A model generated the notes under the pieces. It was not told the origin of the DNA. It saw nothing but the letters and a program-made list of their open reading frames with translations, and searched no databases. Made by a program: the position numbers and the translations under genes. Below, piece after piece: positions 15,846 through 32,290 of a stretch of 64,000 nucleotides of DNA (the stretch's first letter is position 1; each line of letters opens with the position of its first letter). Source of the stretch: the human T2T-CHM13v2.0 reference genome, Homo sapiens. The stretch lies in assembly GCF_009914755.1 (NCBI RefSeq), contig NC_060947.1; one strand, given 5' to 3'.

Positions 15846-18800
15846 TGGATAAAAACATAACAGCAGTAATATCTATCACCTACTATGAGTCAGGCATTGT
15901 GGTAGGGAACAGAGATACTGAGAGAAGAAGAGATAATCTTTGCCCTCAGTGGGAAGAGGCACAACAGATAGTGTGAAACTAAATCTCACAAAAAAATTCA
16001 TGTTATAATAATGCCATAGGAGTGAAGATGGGCGAATAAGAGGTAAGTGTGGTGAGTGGGCTGGATTTCCAGAAAGGTTTTAGGTAACATTTTAGCATCT
16101 ACAAGACTAAGGGAGTTTTGTACAGGATGTGGCATTTGAGGTGTTCTTTAAACATAGTCCTGATTTTTAATGCGCTTGGAATTGGAATATTATTTGGTTT
16201 AGAAAAATATGATGTACACAAGAGTTCTTCCTCTAAAACAACTGCTTATGGAGGACACACCTGTATTACTATAAACAATATATTTTTCTGAGAAATACTT
16301 TTCCTGTCAATTATGTGCTGCATTTTAAAAACAACCGTTATGCTGTCTTCAGGACAAACATTTCTTTTCCCTCTGAAAATATAATGGAATCTATAGCAAG
16401 CAAAAGCAAGATTTATTTAGGGCATTTAAATTTACAGACATCATTTTGGAAATGTGCTTATGATTTTTAAAAATCCCCTCTACCACTTGGCTATTCATTT
16501 ACAGGACCCATCAATAGGAAATGGTACTTCATTCAGTCACCTCAGATTTAAATCTTGGAATACAGAACCCCAAATAATTCAAAGACCTCATACCCTGAAC
16601 ACAACCCCAAAACCTCACACTTAACCTTGGAATAAAGGCCCTTAGAGATTTCAAAGACATCACACTTTAAACACAAACCAACAAATAGCAAAGTCTCTAC
16701 CTTAAAACATAGACACTCAATGAGTTTGGAGGCCTCATACCCTGACATGAACTCCCCAAATATCTCAGATTAAAAACCTGGGACACAGACACTCAACTAT
16801 ACCTCACACACTAAACTTAAGACTCCAAAGACCTTAGACCCAAACTTGGAACAAAGATCATGAAAGAGTTGAGATACCTTGCACACTAAATACAGACACT
16901 CAAGTACCTCGTACCCAAACCTCAGAACACAGAATCTCAAAGACTTCAGAGACCACACAACCTGAATACAAACCCCAAACACCTCAGACTCAAATCTTGG
17001 GGTACAAATCTTCTAAATGTTCAGAGACTTCACCCTGAACAGAGTCTTAAAATGCCTTATATTCAAACCTTGGAAAGCGCTCTAAATGAGTTCAGAAACC
17101 TCATTCCCTAAAAACAGACCCGTGATTACCTCAGAATCAGGAAATCTTTGGAAAACAGAGCCCCCAAAGAGTTAAGAGACCTCACACCAACACAGACCCC
17201 CCAAAACCTCAGAATCAAATCTTTTTACATAGTTTCTGAGAGTTCAGAGACTTTATGCACTGAAAACACATCATCAAATATCTCAGAATCACACCTTGTG
17301 ACAGACCTTCAAAGAGTTCAGATTCCACAAGCCATTAACTCAGACCCTGAGTTACACAGAATTAAAACCTTGGGACATGACAAAGATGTTCAAAGAATTC
17401 AGAGACCTCACACCTTGAACAGACACCTAAATATCTCAGAGTCAAGCCTTGAGATTCAGACCCCCACAGATTTCAGAGACCTTCTAACTTGAATATAGAC
17501 CCCTGAATACCTCAGACTAAAATTTTGGAACACAGACTCTCAAAGATTTCAGAGACCTAATATCCTGAAAGCAGACAAAGCAGACTCAACAAATACCTCA
17601 GACTCAAACCTGGGATACAGACCCACTAAAATTTCAGAGACTAACACCCTGAACACAGTCCCTGAATATCTCAGACTCAAATCTTTAAAAGGGCTCTAAG
17701 TAAGTTCATAAACCTCACTTTATGAACACAGACCACTAATTACCTCAGGCTCAAACCTTGACGCACAATGCCAAAGAGTTCAGGGGCCTTACACCATGAA
17801 CATTGACCCCCGAAATCTCAGCTCCAAAGCTTAGGATACATACCCTCAAAGAATTCAGAGAGCTCCCAACCTGAACACAGGCAACAAATATCTGAGTTTC
17901 AGATCTTAGAAAACAGACACTCAAAAATTTTCTGGGACCTTAAACACAGATGCCCTAAACATTACATATGGAAATCTTCAACCCAGACCCTCAAAAAGTC
18001 AGAGACCACAAACTCCGGCCAGAGTACTCCAAATACTTAAGACTTAAAACTTGGTACACAGACCCTCAAAAGTTCAGAGACAACACATCCTGGACTCAGA
18101 TCCCCAAAGCCTCAGATTCAAACCATGTGGATATGTATCCACAAAGAATTCAGGGGCTTCACATTCTGAACACAGACCACCTATACCGGAGATCAAAAAC
18201 TTGAAAAAAAGACCTCAAAGGATTTTCAGAGACTTCATCTCTTGAACATAGACTGCCCAACACCTGAGACTCAAATCTTGAAACACAGACCCTCAGAAAG
18301 TTCAGAGAACTCACATCCTAACCAGAGTATGCCAAATACTTAAGTCTCAAAATTTGGCACACAGACCCTGAAAGAGTCCGGACACCTCACACACCTTGAA
18401 CACAGACTCCCAAACACCTAAGGCTAAAATGTAAAAAAAAAAAACCACACAGACTTGCAAAGATTTCAAGGCCCTCACATCCTGAATATGAACCCCCAAA
18501 TATCTAATACTCAAACTTTGGGGCATAGAACATTTAAAAGTTCAGAGACTTCACACCTTAAACTCAGTTTCTAATACCTCAGGCTCAAATCTTGGAAGAG
18601 GCCTATATGAGTTCAGAAACCTTACTCCCTGAAAACTCCCCAAAAACCTTGTGATACAGACCTTTAAAGAATTCAGACACTTTATACCCTGAAAACAAGT
18701 CACCTCAGACTCAAATCTTGGGAGAGAACCTCAAAGATCTGAGAAGTCATACCCTGAAAAGAGATCCCCAGGTACCACTCTGTGAACACAGTCCTGCAAA

Positions 18801-20009
18801 TATCTCAGATTTGAATTCTGGAACACAGGCCCTCAAAGAAGTCAGTGCCTTCACATCCTAAATATAAATCCCCAAATACCACAAACTCAAATCTTGGAAC
18901 ACAGAATCTCCAAGAGTACTGAGTCTCTGAGATCTCACACCTTGAAGAGAGACATTAGAACCTCAGAACAAAACTTAGGACAAAAACCTTAAAAGAGTTC
19001 AGACCCAAACACCTCAGATTCAAACCTTGTAACAAAGACCCTCAATGACTTCAGAGACCAAAACCCTACAGAAAGTCCCACAATACAGAAACTTGGAATT
19101 TTATGTCACAGGCTCCCAAAATCCAAGGACTTCACACTCTAAACACAGAAGAACAAATACCTCAGACTCAATCCTATGAAAAAAATACTGTCAAAAAGAT
19201 CTCACACTTTGAATGGAGATCCCAAAATGATTCAGATTTAAACACTGGAACACAATTAGTTCAGAGACCTTTCATTCCCTGCTCAGAGGAATGAAACACT
19301 TCTGATTCTCAAGTTGGAACAGAAGTCTTCAAAGATTTAATGATTTACACCCAGAACATAAATACCCAAATACCACCGAATATGGGAAAAACAAACTTTT
19401 TTCTCCTATTATACTCTCACATCACTCAATACTTCACTTCTGATACCAGATACATGGGAATTTTTGCACACATCAATTCTCCAGTAGACTCCAGCTGGAT
19501 ATCCCACAATTTAACTCAATTCTGACAGTATCTACCTGGAGTTAGAATCAGATCGCATAGGTTACGGGCTCAGTCCCCCAAGACTGCCCTCCATTTCAGG
19601 ACCCAATTGCAAGTCCAGACCTTCAGTAGTTCTGACTGATATAAATTGTCTCCCACGGCCCCCTCCTTGGGTTCAATCATTTGCTAGAATGGCTGACAAA
19701 ATCCAGAGAAATGCTTTCTTACATTTACTGGTTTATTATAAAGGATATTACAAAGTATAGAGATGGAGAGATGAAGAGATGTATAGGGCAATGTAAGTGG
19801 GAAGGGGCATGGAGCTTCCATGCCCTCTCCTGGTGCACCAACCTTTAGGCACCTGCATGAGTTCAACAACTCTGAAGCTCTCTAAACCCTGCCCTTTTGT
19901 GTTTCTATGGAGGCTTCATCAGTTAAATCACTCAATCTTTTAAATAAAACTTTTTATTGGAATTTCATTTGGAAAATATTTATCTTTGTACAGACTTACA
20001 CTTATGTTC

Positions 20010-20311
20010 CTTTTTTTTTTTTTTTTTTGAGACGGAATCTCACTCTGTTGTCCAGGCTGGAGTGCGGTGGCCTGATCTCGGTTCACTGCAAAATCCGCCT
20101 CTTGGGTTCAAGTGATTCTCCTGCGTTAGCCTCCCGAGTAGCTGGAATTACAGGTGCCTACCACCACACCCAGCTAATTTTTGTATATTTAGTAGAGACG
20201 GGGTCTCACCATGTTGGCCAGGCTGGTCTTGAACTCCTGACCTCAAGTGATCTGCCTAACTCGGCCTTCCAAAATGCTGGGATTACAGGCATGAGCCACT
20301 GCACCCAGCCA
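20010..20311 (-). mobile_element. AluS element
   Basis: Poly-T then reverse Alu consensus. Confidence 0.93.
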
Positions 20312-20349
20312 GATTTACGCTCATTTTCCTTCTATTACAATCCAAATCA

Positions 20350-21950
20350 TTTCTTTTCACCTTTTATTTTAGGTTCAGGGGTACATGTACAGGTTTGTTA
20401 TATAGGTAAATTGCATGTCATGGGAGTTTGGTGTACATTATTTTACCAGCCAAGTAATAAGCATAGTACTCAATAGTTTTTTGATCCTCACCCTCCTCCC
20501 ATCTTCCACCCTCAAGTAGTCCTGGGTGTCTGTTGTTCTCCTCTTTGTGTCCATATGTACTCAGTGTTTAGCTTCCACTTATAAGTGAGAACATGCAGTA
20601 TTTGGTTTTCTGTTCCTGTGTTAATTAACTTAGAATAATGGCTTCCCACTCCATCCATGTTGCTGCAAAGGACATGATCTTATTCTTTTTAATGGCTGTG
20701 TAGTATTCCATGGTGTATATGCACCACATTTTCTTTATCCAGTCTACCATTGATAGAATTTAGGTTGATTCCATGTCTTTGTTATTGTGACTACTGCTGC
20801 AATGAACATACATGTGCATGTGTCTTTATAGCTGAATGATTTATATTCCTTTGGGTATATGCCCCAAAATGGGATTGCTGGGTCGAATGGTAATTCTGCT
20901 TTGAGTTCTTTGAGAAATCGCCAAACTGCTTTCCACAATGGCTGAACTAATTTACATATCCAGCAACAGTGTATAAGCATTTCCTTTTTTCTGCAACCTC
21001 ACCAGCAGCTGTTATTTTTGACTTTTAAATAATTAATTATTATTATTTATATAATTATATAATTTATATAATTAATTATATATTTTATATAATTATATAA
21101 ATTATAACTATATAATTAATTATAACTATATAATTAATTATAATTATAAGTAATTATAACTATATAATTTATATGATTAATTATATAATTACATAAATTA
21201 TATAATCATATTTATATAATTAATTATATAATTACATAAATTATATAATCATATTTATATAATTAATTATATAATTACATAAATTATATAATCATATTTA
21301 TATAATTAATTATATAATTACATATTAATTATATAAATATAATTATAATTATTAAATATTCGTTATTATAATTAATAATTAATATTTAATAATTATAATT
21401 ATATAATAAGTATGATATAATAATATTATAAGTAATATATTATATTAATTAATATAATTATATTAAGATAAATAATTATATCATATAAGTATATTAAGAT
21501 AAATAATTATATAAATATATTAAGATAAATAATTATATTATATATATTAAGATAAATAATTATATGATATAATTATATTAAGATAAATAATTATATGATA
21601 TAATTAATTAAGATAAATAATTATATGATATAATTATATTAAGATAAATAATTATATGATATAAGTATATTAAGATAAATAATTATATGATATAATTATA
21701 TTAAGATAAACAATTATATTATATTATTATATAATATAAATAATTATATTATATTATTATATAATATAAATAATTATATTATGTAATTAATATAAGATAT
21801 TAATATAATTAATATACTATAATACATATAATTAATAATTAATCTCACACCCATTCTGATTGGTGTGAGATGGTAACTCATTGTGGTTTTGATTTGCATT
21901 TCTCTAATGATTAGTTGATGTTGAACATTTTTTCATATGCTTGTTGGACA
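20350..21950 (-). mobile_element. L1 (L1PB/old L1PA-type) 3' fragment interrupted by AT-rich expansion
   Basis: ORF 20744..20980 resembles the L1 ORF2 C-terminus ([18 protein letters not shown]...); L1 3'UTR. Confidence 0.9.
21025..21845. repeat. AT-rich compound minisatellite (43-bp x3, ~31-bp x~9, ~30-bp x2)
   Basis: acataaa at 21191/21234/21277; gataaa at 21551/21582/21612/21643/21674/21705. Confidence 0.92.
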
Positions 21951-22904
21951 GGATCTCTCAACTTTTAGCCCTTCTCCCCTCCAAGGTCAGTGGTGGGGCT
22001 GAAAGTTCCAACCCTCTAATCATTGCCCCTGGCAACCAGCCCCCATCCTGAGGCTATCTAGGAGCCCATAGCCACCAATCAATCCATTAGCATGCCAAAG
22101 ACACATCACTTTGGAGATCCCAATGGTTTTGGGAGGGGTAGAGAACAAATATATACTTCTTACTACATGACAAACACACATAAATCTTGGAACACTGACT
22201 CTCAAAAGTTCAGAGACCTCACACAATGAATTTAGATGACAACAACAACAACAACAAAAATCCCAGAAGCAAACTTAGGAAACAAATCCTCAAAGAGGTC
22301 AGATACCTTCAACCTTGAAAAGAGACTCCAAACACCTCACACTCCAAACTTGGAACACATACCATGTGAGTGTTCTGCCTCATCACAACCTGAACACCTA
22401 AATATTGAATGACAACATCACAACCTGAGTATTGAATACTAGTGATTCAATATTTGGAACCTAGACCCTCACCTAATGAATTCATAGACCTCAACCCAGT
22501 ACATTAGCTTACAGACAAATGAGACTCAAACCTCATGACACAAAACCTGAAAGATTTCAGATATCACATATCCTGAAGGAGACTCCAAACATTTCAACAG
22601 CAACCTTGGACCACAGACCTTCAATGAGTTCAGAGAATTTATGCCTTTTAAAAATAACCCATATATGTCATATAAACATTAAAACACAGACCCTAAAATA
22701 TTTGTGAGTGCTTACACTCAGAAAACAGATATAAAATGCCTTAGTCTCAAGTCTTGGAACATAGACCCTCAAAGATGTCACAGAACTAAAACTCTAAACA
22801 CAGATGTGCAAATACCTACCTCAAATTCATTATATAGGACACAGACCCTCAGAGACCTCAGAGATCTCACACTCCAAATGCAGATGTGCATATAACTCAA
22901 ACTC

Positions 22905-23100
22905 AATTATATAGTATATAATTATATACAAATATGAAAATAAATATTTATTATTTAATATAATTATATATAATATTATATATGTATTTAATATATCTCA
23001 AATATTTAATATATTATATTAATTTAATATATTATATATTAAATAAATGTGTGTATAGATTATATATATTTTATATATAATATATATAATATATATATAT
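22905..23100. repeat. AT-rich low-complexity/(TA)n tract
   Basis: Near-pure A/T composition. Confidence 0.85.
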
Positions 23101-23162
23101 AAAACCTTCAAAGAACCAGATACCTCATACCCTAATTATATACCACCAAATGCCTAAGACCC

Positions 23163-23717
23163 TGTGGGGGAGTAGTAATATAATCCCCAACAGGTTCTTA
23201 GTTGGAATGGACCCCTGTTACAAAAGACAGATTAACAAGAGAAAAAACAAACAGAAGGTTTTTTAACACGTATATTTCATATATACATGGGGAACACCCA
23301 GATAATTAGTAGTTCTTAAAGAGATGGCTTTGAATTACAGCTTATATAGCCTTATTAACAAAGAACAGTAACTTTTCAGATAAGTCACAAGACAAAGGAA
23401 AAGGATCTTGAGTATCTATAGGCAGCAAGTTGGGGAAAGACAAACAAATGGCAGATAAAGGTGAGTTAGCAAAACTTGCCAATATAAATTCCTCTGGAAC
23501 CATCTCCAGGCTGATGAAAGTCTAAAGCTGTCTTCATTTGTTAACCTTCACTCTTCCTGGTTGTAGGGAGGGGAGCAGGATACCTTTGTTATTATAAATT
23601 ATGTCCAGTTTTTAGACAAATAGAGGAAGGGCAGAAAGCTCTCCTGTGCCTATTTTCTCTTAATTGTGTTCAGCTCAACAATCCTTATTTGGGGGAGGCA
23701 TATTATGGTCTCCCACA
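23163..23717 (-). mobile_element. ERV1 solo LTR, MER34-like
   Basis: tg...ca termini; reverse 5' end tgtgggagaccataatatgcctccccc and aaagacagattaacaagagaaa resemble MER34 family. Confidence 0.7.
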
Positions 23718-25029
23718 ATCCCGACCCATCAATCTCAAAGAGTCAGAACCCTCACACCCTGAATAAAGACCCCCAGAAGCTCAGATTCAGAATTTGTACC
23801 AAAGATCCTCAGTGATTTCAGAGCCCTCACACCCTAAACATAGATCCGTAAAAACATCAACTAAAACTTCAGGACACAGACCCTCAAAAAGTTCAGAGAC
23901 TATCACATCCTAAACATAGAGTCCCAAACACCTCAGACTCAAACTCTGGGACATGGAGTCTCAAAAAAAAATCAAGAACCTCACTCCCAGGAGTTAAATT
24001 AATGCAGGAGAAAACAGGTCACAGATGCTCAAAGACTTTGTATCTTGAACATTTGCCCTAAATACCGTAGGAAAAAACTTGAAAAATAGGCCCTCAACGA
24101 GTTCAGAGACCTCTCATTCCAAACTCCAATACTGAAATGCCTCAAACTCAAACAATGAAAGATAAACCCTCAATGATAATCATAGCCTTCAAACACTGAA
24201 TGCGGAACCCCCAAATCCCTCAGATTCAGTCTTGGAATGCAGATAGAGAAAACATGAAAGCACAGATACTGAGTTCTGAGTACTTACAATCTAAATACTG
24301 ATCCCAAATGCCTGAGCTTCAAACTTCAAACACAGACCTTCAAAGAGAACTCACACCCTGAACAACTATCTGCAAATACATCAATCTCTACCCTTAGTAC
24401 ACAGACCGTCATAGAGTTCAAAGGCCTTACATTTTAAACCCAGACTCCAGTACCTCCGACTCAATCTTATTTTTAAAAAGTACTTCAACAAGTCAGGCCT
24501 CATATGCTGAACTCAGACTCCGAAATATCTCAGGATTAGTACTTGGAAAACAGATCCCCTAAAATTATAGATATCTCACAGCCTAAACACTGGCCCAATA
24601 CTGTATCTTAGACTGAAACTTTGGAACACAGACACTATAAGATTTCAGAGACTTCACACCCTCAACACAAATCTCCTAATACCACAAACTCCACACTTGG
24701 AAAAAAAACCCTCAAAGTGTTCAAGACTTCACACTCTGGTTGCTGACTTCCAAACAATGTAGACTAAAAGCTTGAAGTACAGACACTTAATGATTTTAGA
24801 GACCTAACATACAATCCAGATCCCTTGTTATGTCAGAAAGAGACCTGGGAATGCACATCATCAAAGCACTTTAGAATCTCCAACCTGGAACTCACATCCT
24901 CATAGAACACAAGCAAATCTTGGTACTAATACCCTTAAAGCACTGAGAGACCTCACACTCAGATCATGGACCCCAAAATATTTCAGGCTGAAACAATGGA
25001 GCACAGACAGTTAATAAGTTTGGACACCA

Positions 25030-25391
<362 letters not shown>

Positions 25392-25876
25392 TCAGAACTC
25401 CTGATTCAAACCTTGGAACACAGACCCTCAAATAATTTAGAGAGCTTATGCTCTGAACATAGACTCAGAAACTATTCAGAGACCTCACACCCTGAACACT
25501 GATCCCCACATACCTCAGATTCAAACCTAGGGATGCAGGCCTCAAAAACTTCAGAGAGCATGCACACATAACACAGACCTCCAAACACCTCACACTCAAA
25601 CTTGAGAGACTAAAAATTTGAGACTCCTCTCCCTGAACCCAGACTTCCAAATATCTCAGATTTAAACCTTTATCTGCCAGAGACCCCCAAGTACCTTATA
25701 TTCATACCTTACAACACAGACCCTTAAAGCTTTCAGAGACCTTTCTCTGCAAACACAGACCTCCAGATACCTCAGATTCAAACCTTTAAATGCAGATTCT
25801 CGAAGAGATCACAGACATCACACCCTGAACAGAAATGTCTAAACAACTTAGACAAAAAACTTGGAACCCAGATCTT

Positions 25877-27390
<1,514 letters not shown>

Positions 27391-28131
27391 TAAAAGATTT
27401 CAAGGATCTATTTCTTTGAATGCAGAGCAAAAATAGGTCCAAAACTTGGGAACAAAGCCTAAAATTTCAAAGACTTTGCATGTTGATCACAGACCCCCAG
27501 TTACCTCCAATTCAAACCTTACAATGCAAATACTGAAAAATTTCAGAGACCTTACACTCTGAACACAGAATCACCAGTTACCTTAGACTTTTGTACTGAC
27601 CATGAAATATTTCAGAGAACATAAGTACACACACCTAAGTATCTCAGACTCAAAATGTGGAACATACTCCCTAATAGATATCAGCGACCTCACACCCTGA
27701 GCATGGATTTCCAAACACCGCAAGTAAAAAACTTGGAACAAAGACCTTCAAAGAATCCACAGACCTCACTTCTTGAACACAGACAGACCCCAAATGTTAT
27801 ACCTGAGACCCAAATGTGGACTTAGACCCACCAAAAGTTCAAAGACCGTATGTCCTGAATCCAGGCTTCCTAATCCCTAAGACTAAAATCTTGGAACAGA
27901 AACTGAAAATTTCAAAGCCTTTCGAGCTCTGAATATGGACCCCTAGATAACTCAGGCTGAATCTTTGGGAAACAGATCCTCTAAAAGTACAGAGACCTCG
28001 CACCATGAATTCGGACCTCCAAATATGTGAAACAAACATTTGGAAACAGACCCCCATAGATTGCAGGGACATCTCACCCTGAACAGAGACCCCCAGATAC
28101 CTCAGACTCAAACATTAAAACAAAGATACCT

Positions 28132-28507
<376 letters not shown>

Positions 28508-28782
28508 TTACAACACCAGTCCTCAAAGACTTCAAAGACCTCACACTTGTGAACACAGATCACCAAATACTATAGCTCAGAGTCCAAACCTTGAGTCACA
28601 GACCTTAAAGAGTTCAGAGAACTCACACCCTGAACACAGACCTCCAAACCATTCAGAATCAAACCTCAGAACACAGACTCTCAAGATTTCAGAGACCTCA
28701 CACCCTAAACACAGATAAAGTATTCAGAGGCCTCATACTCTCAACGCTCATCCTGCATAACTCAGATTCAAACCTAGGGACT

Positions 28783-30325
28783 CACAAATGGTAAATATTT
28801 GGGTAAATATAATAGACGATTCTTCTCCTGAATTCTTTAAAATATGCTTCATGCTTAAAAGTAAAATGTATAACATTGTCTGATGGGGTTTTCAATGTAT
28901 GCAGATGTAATACATAAGACAACTAGAGCTTGAACAAGGGATGATAAAGAGGCCTATAAGGTGGCAAGGTTTCTACATTCCAATTAAAATTACAAAACAT
29001 TGAGTCTAAGTAGAATGTGGAGAGTTAAGTGTGTATCTCCCTCTCTGTAAGGGAGATAGGAGAAATGCACCAGGGTAGAGTTTGGCAGCAGTCATTCCTA
29101 GAGTAACTACTAAAAAAACTACAGTTGGCCCTCCATATTTGCAGGTTCTGCATTCTCGAATTGTACCAACTGAGGATAAAAAATATTCAGAAAAAAAATT
29201 AAAAATGATAAAAATAATACAAATAAAAACAATACAGTATGACAACTAGTTACATAGCATTTACACTGTATCAGGTATTACAAGTAAGCTAGAGATGATT
29301 TAATGTATACAGGAGAATGTGTGTAGGTTGTATGCAAATACTATGCCATTTTATATCGGGGATTTGAGCATCTATGGATTTTGGTATCTACAAGGGTCCT
29401 GGAACCAATCCTCCATGGATACTGAGGGACGACTGTGTATGCAAGGATATAGTAAAAACCACAACAGATATATTAAAATGTAATACTGAAAGTTTTAAAT
29501 AACCCAAAACAAGGGAGGAAAGGTAAAACAGAGGAATGAAAAACTGACAGAACAAACTGAAAACGAATTATAAAATGGTAGGTCTAAATACAACTATATC
29601 AATAATAAATTTAAATGATCTAAACACACCAATTAAAAGAAATTGTCAAAATGAATTAAAAACCATGACCTAACTATATGCTGTCTGCAAATACAACGAT
29701 ATAGGTAGGATAAAAGTAAAAAGATGGCTGGTTTCAGTGTAGAGATACAGATGGCTGGAAAGGGCATCACTTCCATCCTCACAACAAGAAAAATGCTGGG
29801 CAAACTTCAAATTAAATACTTTTCTTGAAATCATCAAGGAAATAAGTTTTCTGGGAAAACAACTAACCTGAAATCTAGAAAGACAAACACCTATAGGGAG
29901 ACACAGCACCTGAGCATTTGATTATCTGAGACAGATGCCTCTGAATGCCATATATGTCAGCAATAAAATTAAGGTAGAAACTTCCAAATAACTTGCTAAG
30001 GGCTGAGTGTGGGCTAGTGTGAGAGTGTGAGGTCCTGGGGGCTGCAGACATGGTAGTTTTGCACTTGCTTGCAGGTTTTCCCTCTAGCAACTCCAGGAGG
30101 CACTGACAGGGAAGGTTGGGAGAATCCTGAAAAGACTAAGGAAGGGTGACAGAAGTCATTGTTGAAACTCCACTCTGCCCAATCTTCTCAATGCCCCACA
30201 TAAAACAAAAGTTTTAATTCACAGGCTGAAGAAAACCTATTGCTTGAGGTCACTGGTGCAACCCCACAGCAGTTGGGAGAAAATATGGAAGTCACCATTG
30301 AAACTCTGCCCAGACCCACCTTCCT
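28783..30325 (+). mobile_element. Old L1M fragments
   Basis: Similar to L1M sequence at 12205-12410; L1M-like motifs. Confidence 0.65.
29122..29435 (-). mobile_element. MER2-like Tigger MITE
   Basis: TIRs cagttggccctc / gagggacgactg; TA at left flank. Confidence 0.85.
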
Positions 30326-30725
30326 TAGTTTCTATAGTGTGATCAGTGCCTGCAGCTTAAGCCTTTATTTCTGTAAGGGAGATAGGAAAAATGCACCAAA
30401 GTGGAGTTTGGCAGCAGCTGCTCTTCTTGCCAGCACCATGGGGGAACTTTCTCTGGATTCTCTGTGTAAGCCTAGCGGTAGTCCTAGGGGAGAAGCCTAC
30501 AAGAGGGTAACCTCACATGAATAAGTCTTTTGGGAGCTTCACATTCTCATGCTAGCTCACACTAGGTTCTCAGGACTTCATCAAAATTTATTGTTTAATC
30601 TACACACTGGTTCCTGCCCCCTTGTAAGCGTAAGGCACAGAGTCCTGTGTCTCCCTGCAGGTGCCTGTCTCTCTCCAGATTTTGGTATAGCATTTACCCT
30701 ATGACCTTGGTCCTCTGATGAGTCA

Positions 30726-31016
<291 letters not shown>

Positions 31017-31944
31017 GTAATTAATTTACAGTTTAACCAGCTTTTGTCTTGGATGGGATAGGAGCAAAATTTCTTCATTGCTCCATCTCTGAACTTTTGG
31101 GTCATATGGTATATATATATTTAAGTTTATAGAAAATTGCCAAACTGTCTTTCAGAGTGGCTGTACAATTTTGCACTCATGTTATTAACATATGGGAGAT
31201 CTAGTAGTTCTACATCCTTACCCATGCTTGATATTGTCAGTAACTTTTCTTTCAGTGAGTCAAGTAAGTGAGTAATGGTATCTTTTGCGGTTTTAATTTT
31301 CATTTCCCAAATGGCCAGTGATGCTGTGCATCTTTTCCTTTGCTAATTTTCCATCTGTATATTCTCTTTGGTTTAGTGACCATGACATTTGCCAACTTAC
31401 AAATTGGGTTGTGTGTTTTCTTGTTATTGAGTTTAGAGAGTTCTTTAAATTTTATGAATATAAGGCTTTAGTCAGATAGATGATTTACAAACATCTCCCA
31501 GTCTATAGTTGTCTTTTTTTTGAAGTTAGTATTTTATTGTTTTAAGGACATTGAAGAGGGCTCATGAAAATGTAAACATAGGTAGAATTTTATCATACAC
31601 ATATGTCCTCAAATTATAGCCTAATCCTCCCTTCTCTTGCATAATCAGAAGCCAATTACCCTAGCTTTGACATTTTAAAGATACCTTGAACAATGAATCA
31701 AGTGATTTGAAGTTCTAAGGTCAAAATGCTGGGTAGCAAAAGGCTTGACCTTGTGAAGAAAAGATTGTATCAATTCAACTTAATGATCTTCTATGATAGA
31801 AAAACCTTAATGATCAAGAGACACTAATACCATTTTTATTCTTCAGGCCTAAGTTTGGCTTCTATTTCTATCTTATAATCTTATTAATGATTAAGTTGGA
31901 TGGTTTAGGAATCATACTCCAAGGAACCCAGGGGTTCTATAGAG

Positions 31945-32290
31945 CAGGGGTCCCAGCCCCCAGGCCATAAACCAGTACAGTCCCGTGACCTGTTAGGAAC
32001 TGGGCTGGACAGCAGGAGGTGAGTGGTGGGCAAGCCAGCATTACCACCTGAGCTCCACCTCCTGTCACATCACTGGTGGCATTAGATTCTGATAGGAGAG
32101 CAAACCCTATTGTGAACTATGCATGCAAGGGATCTAGGTTGTGTGCACTCCTTATAAGAATATAGCTAACGCATGATGATCTGAGGTGGAACAGTTTCAT
32201 CTCGAAACCATCTCTCCCTACTCCCCAATCTGTGGAAAAATTATCTTTCACAAAACTGGTCCCTGGTGCCAAAAAGGTTGAGGACTGGTG
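31945..32290 (+). mobile_element. MER1B-like hAT (Charlie) element
   Basis: caggggtccc... start, ...gccaaaaaggttgaggactggtg end; 8-bp TSD ctatagag/ctgtagag. Confidence 0.85.

Larger units (their letters stand above)
19381..22172 (-). mobile_element. MER21-family LTR split into ~19381-19925 and ~21960-22172 by Alu and L1 insertions
   Basis: gggctcagtccccaagactgccc, ggggcatggagcttccatgccctctcc and ggggctgaaagttccaaccctctaatc match recalled MER21 consensus (reverse). Confidence 0.8.

Noticed and set aside
19907-20476. 189-aa ORF (also 40386..40877, 11290..11616 and similar)
   Set aside because: Read-through of antisense Alu sequence
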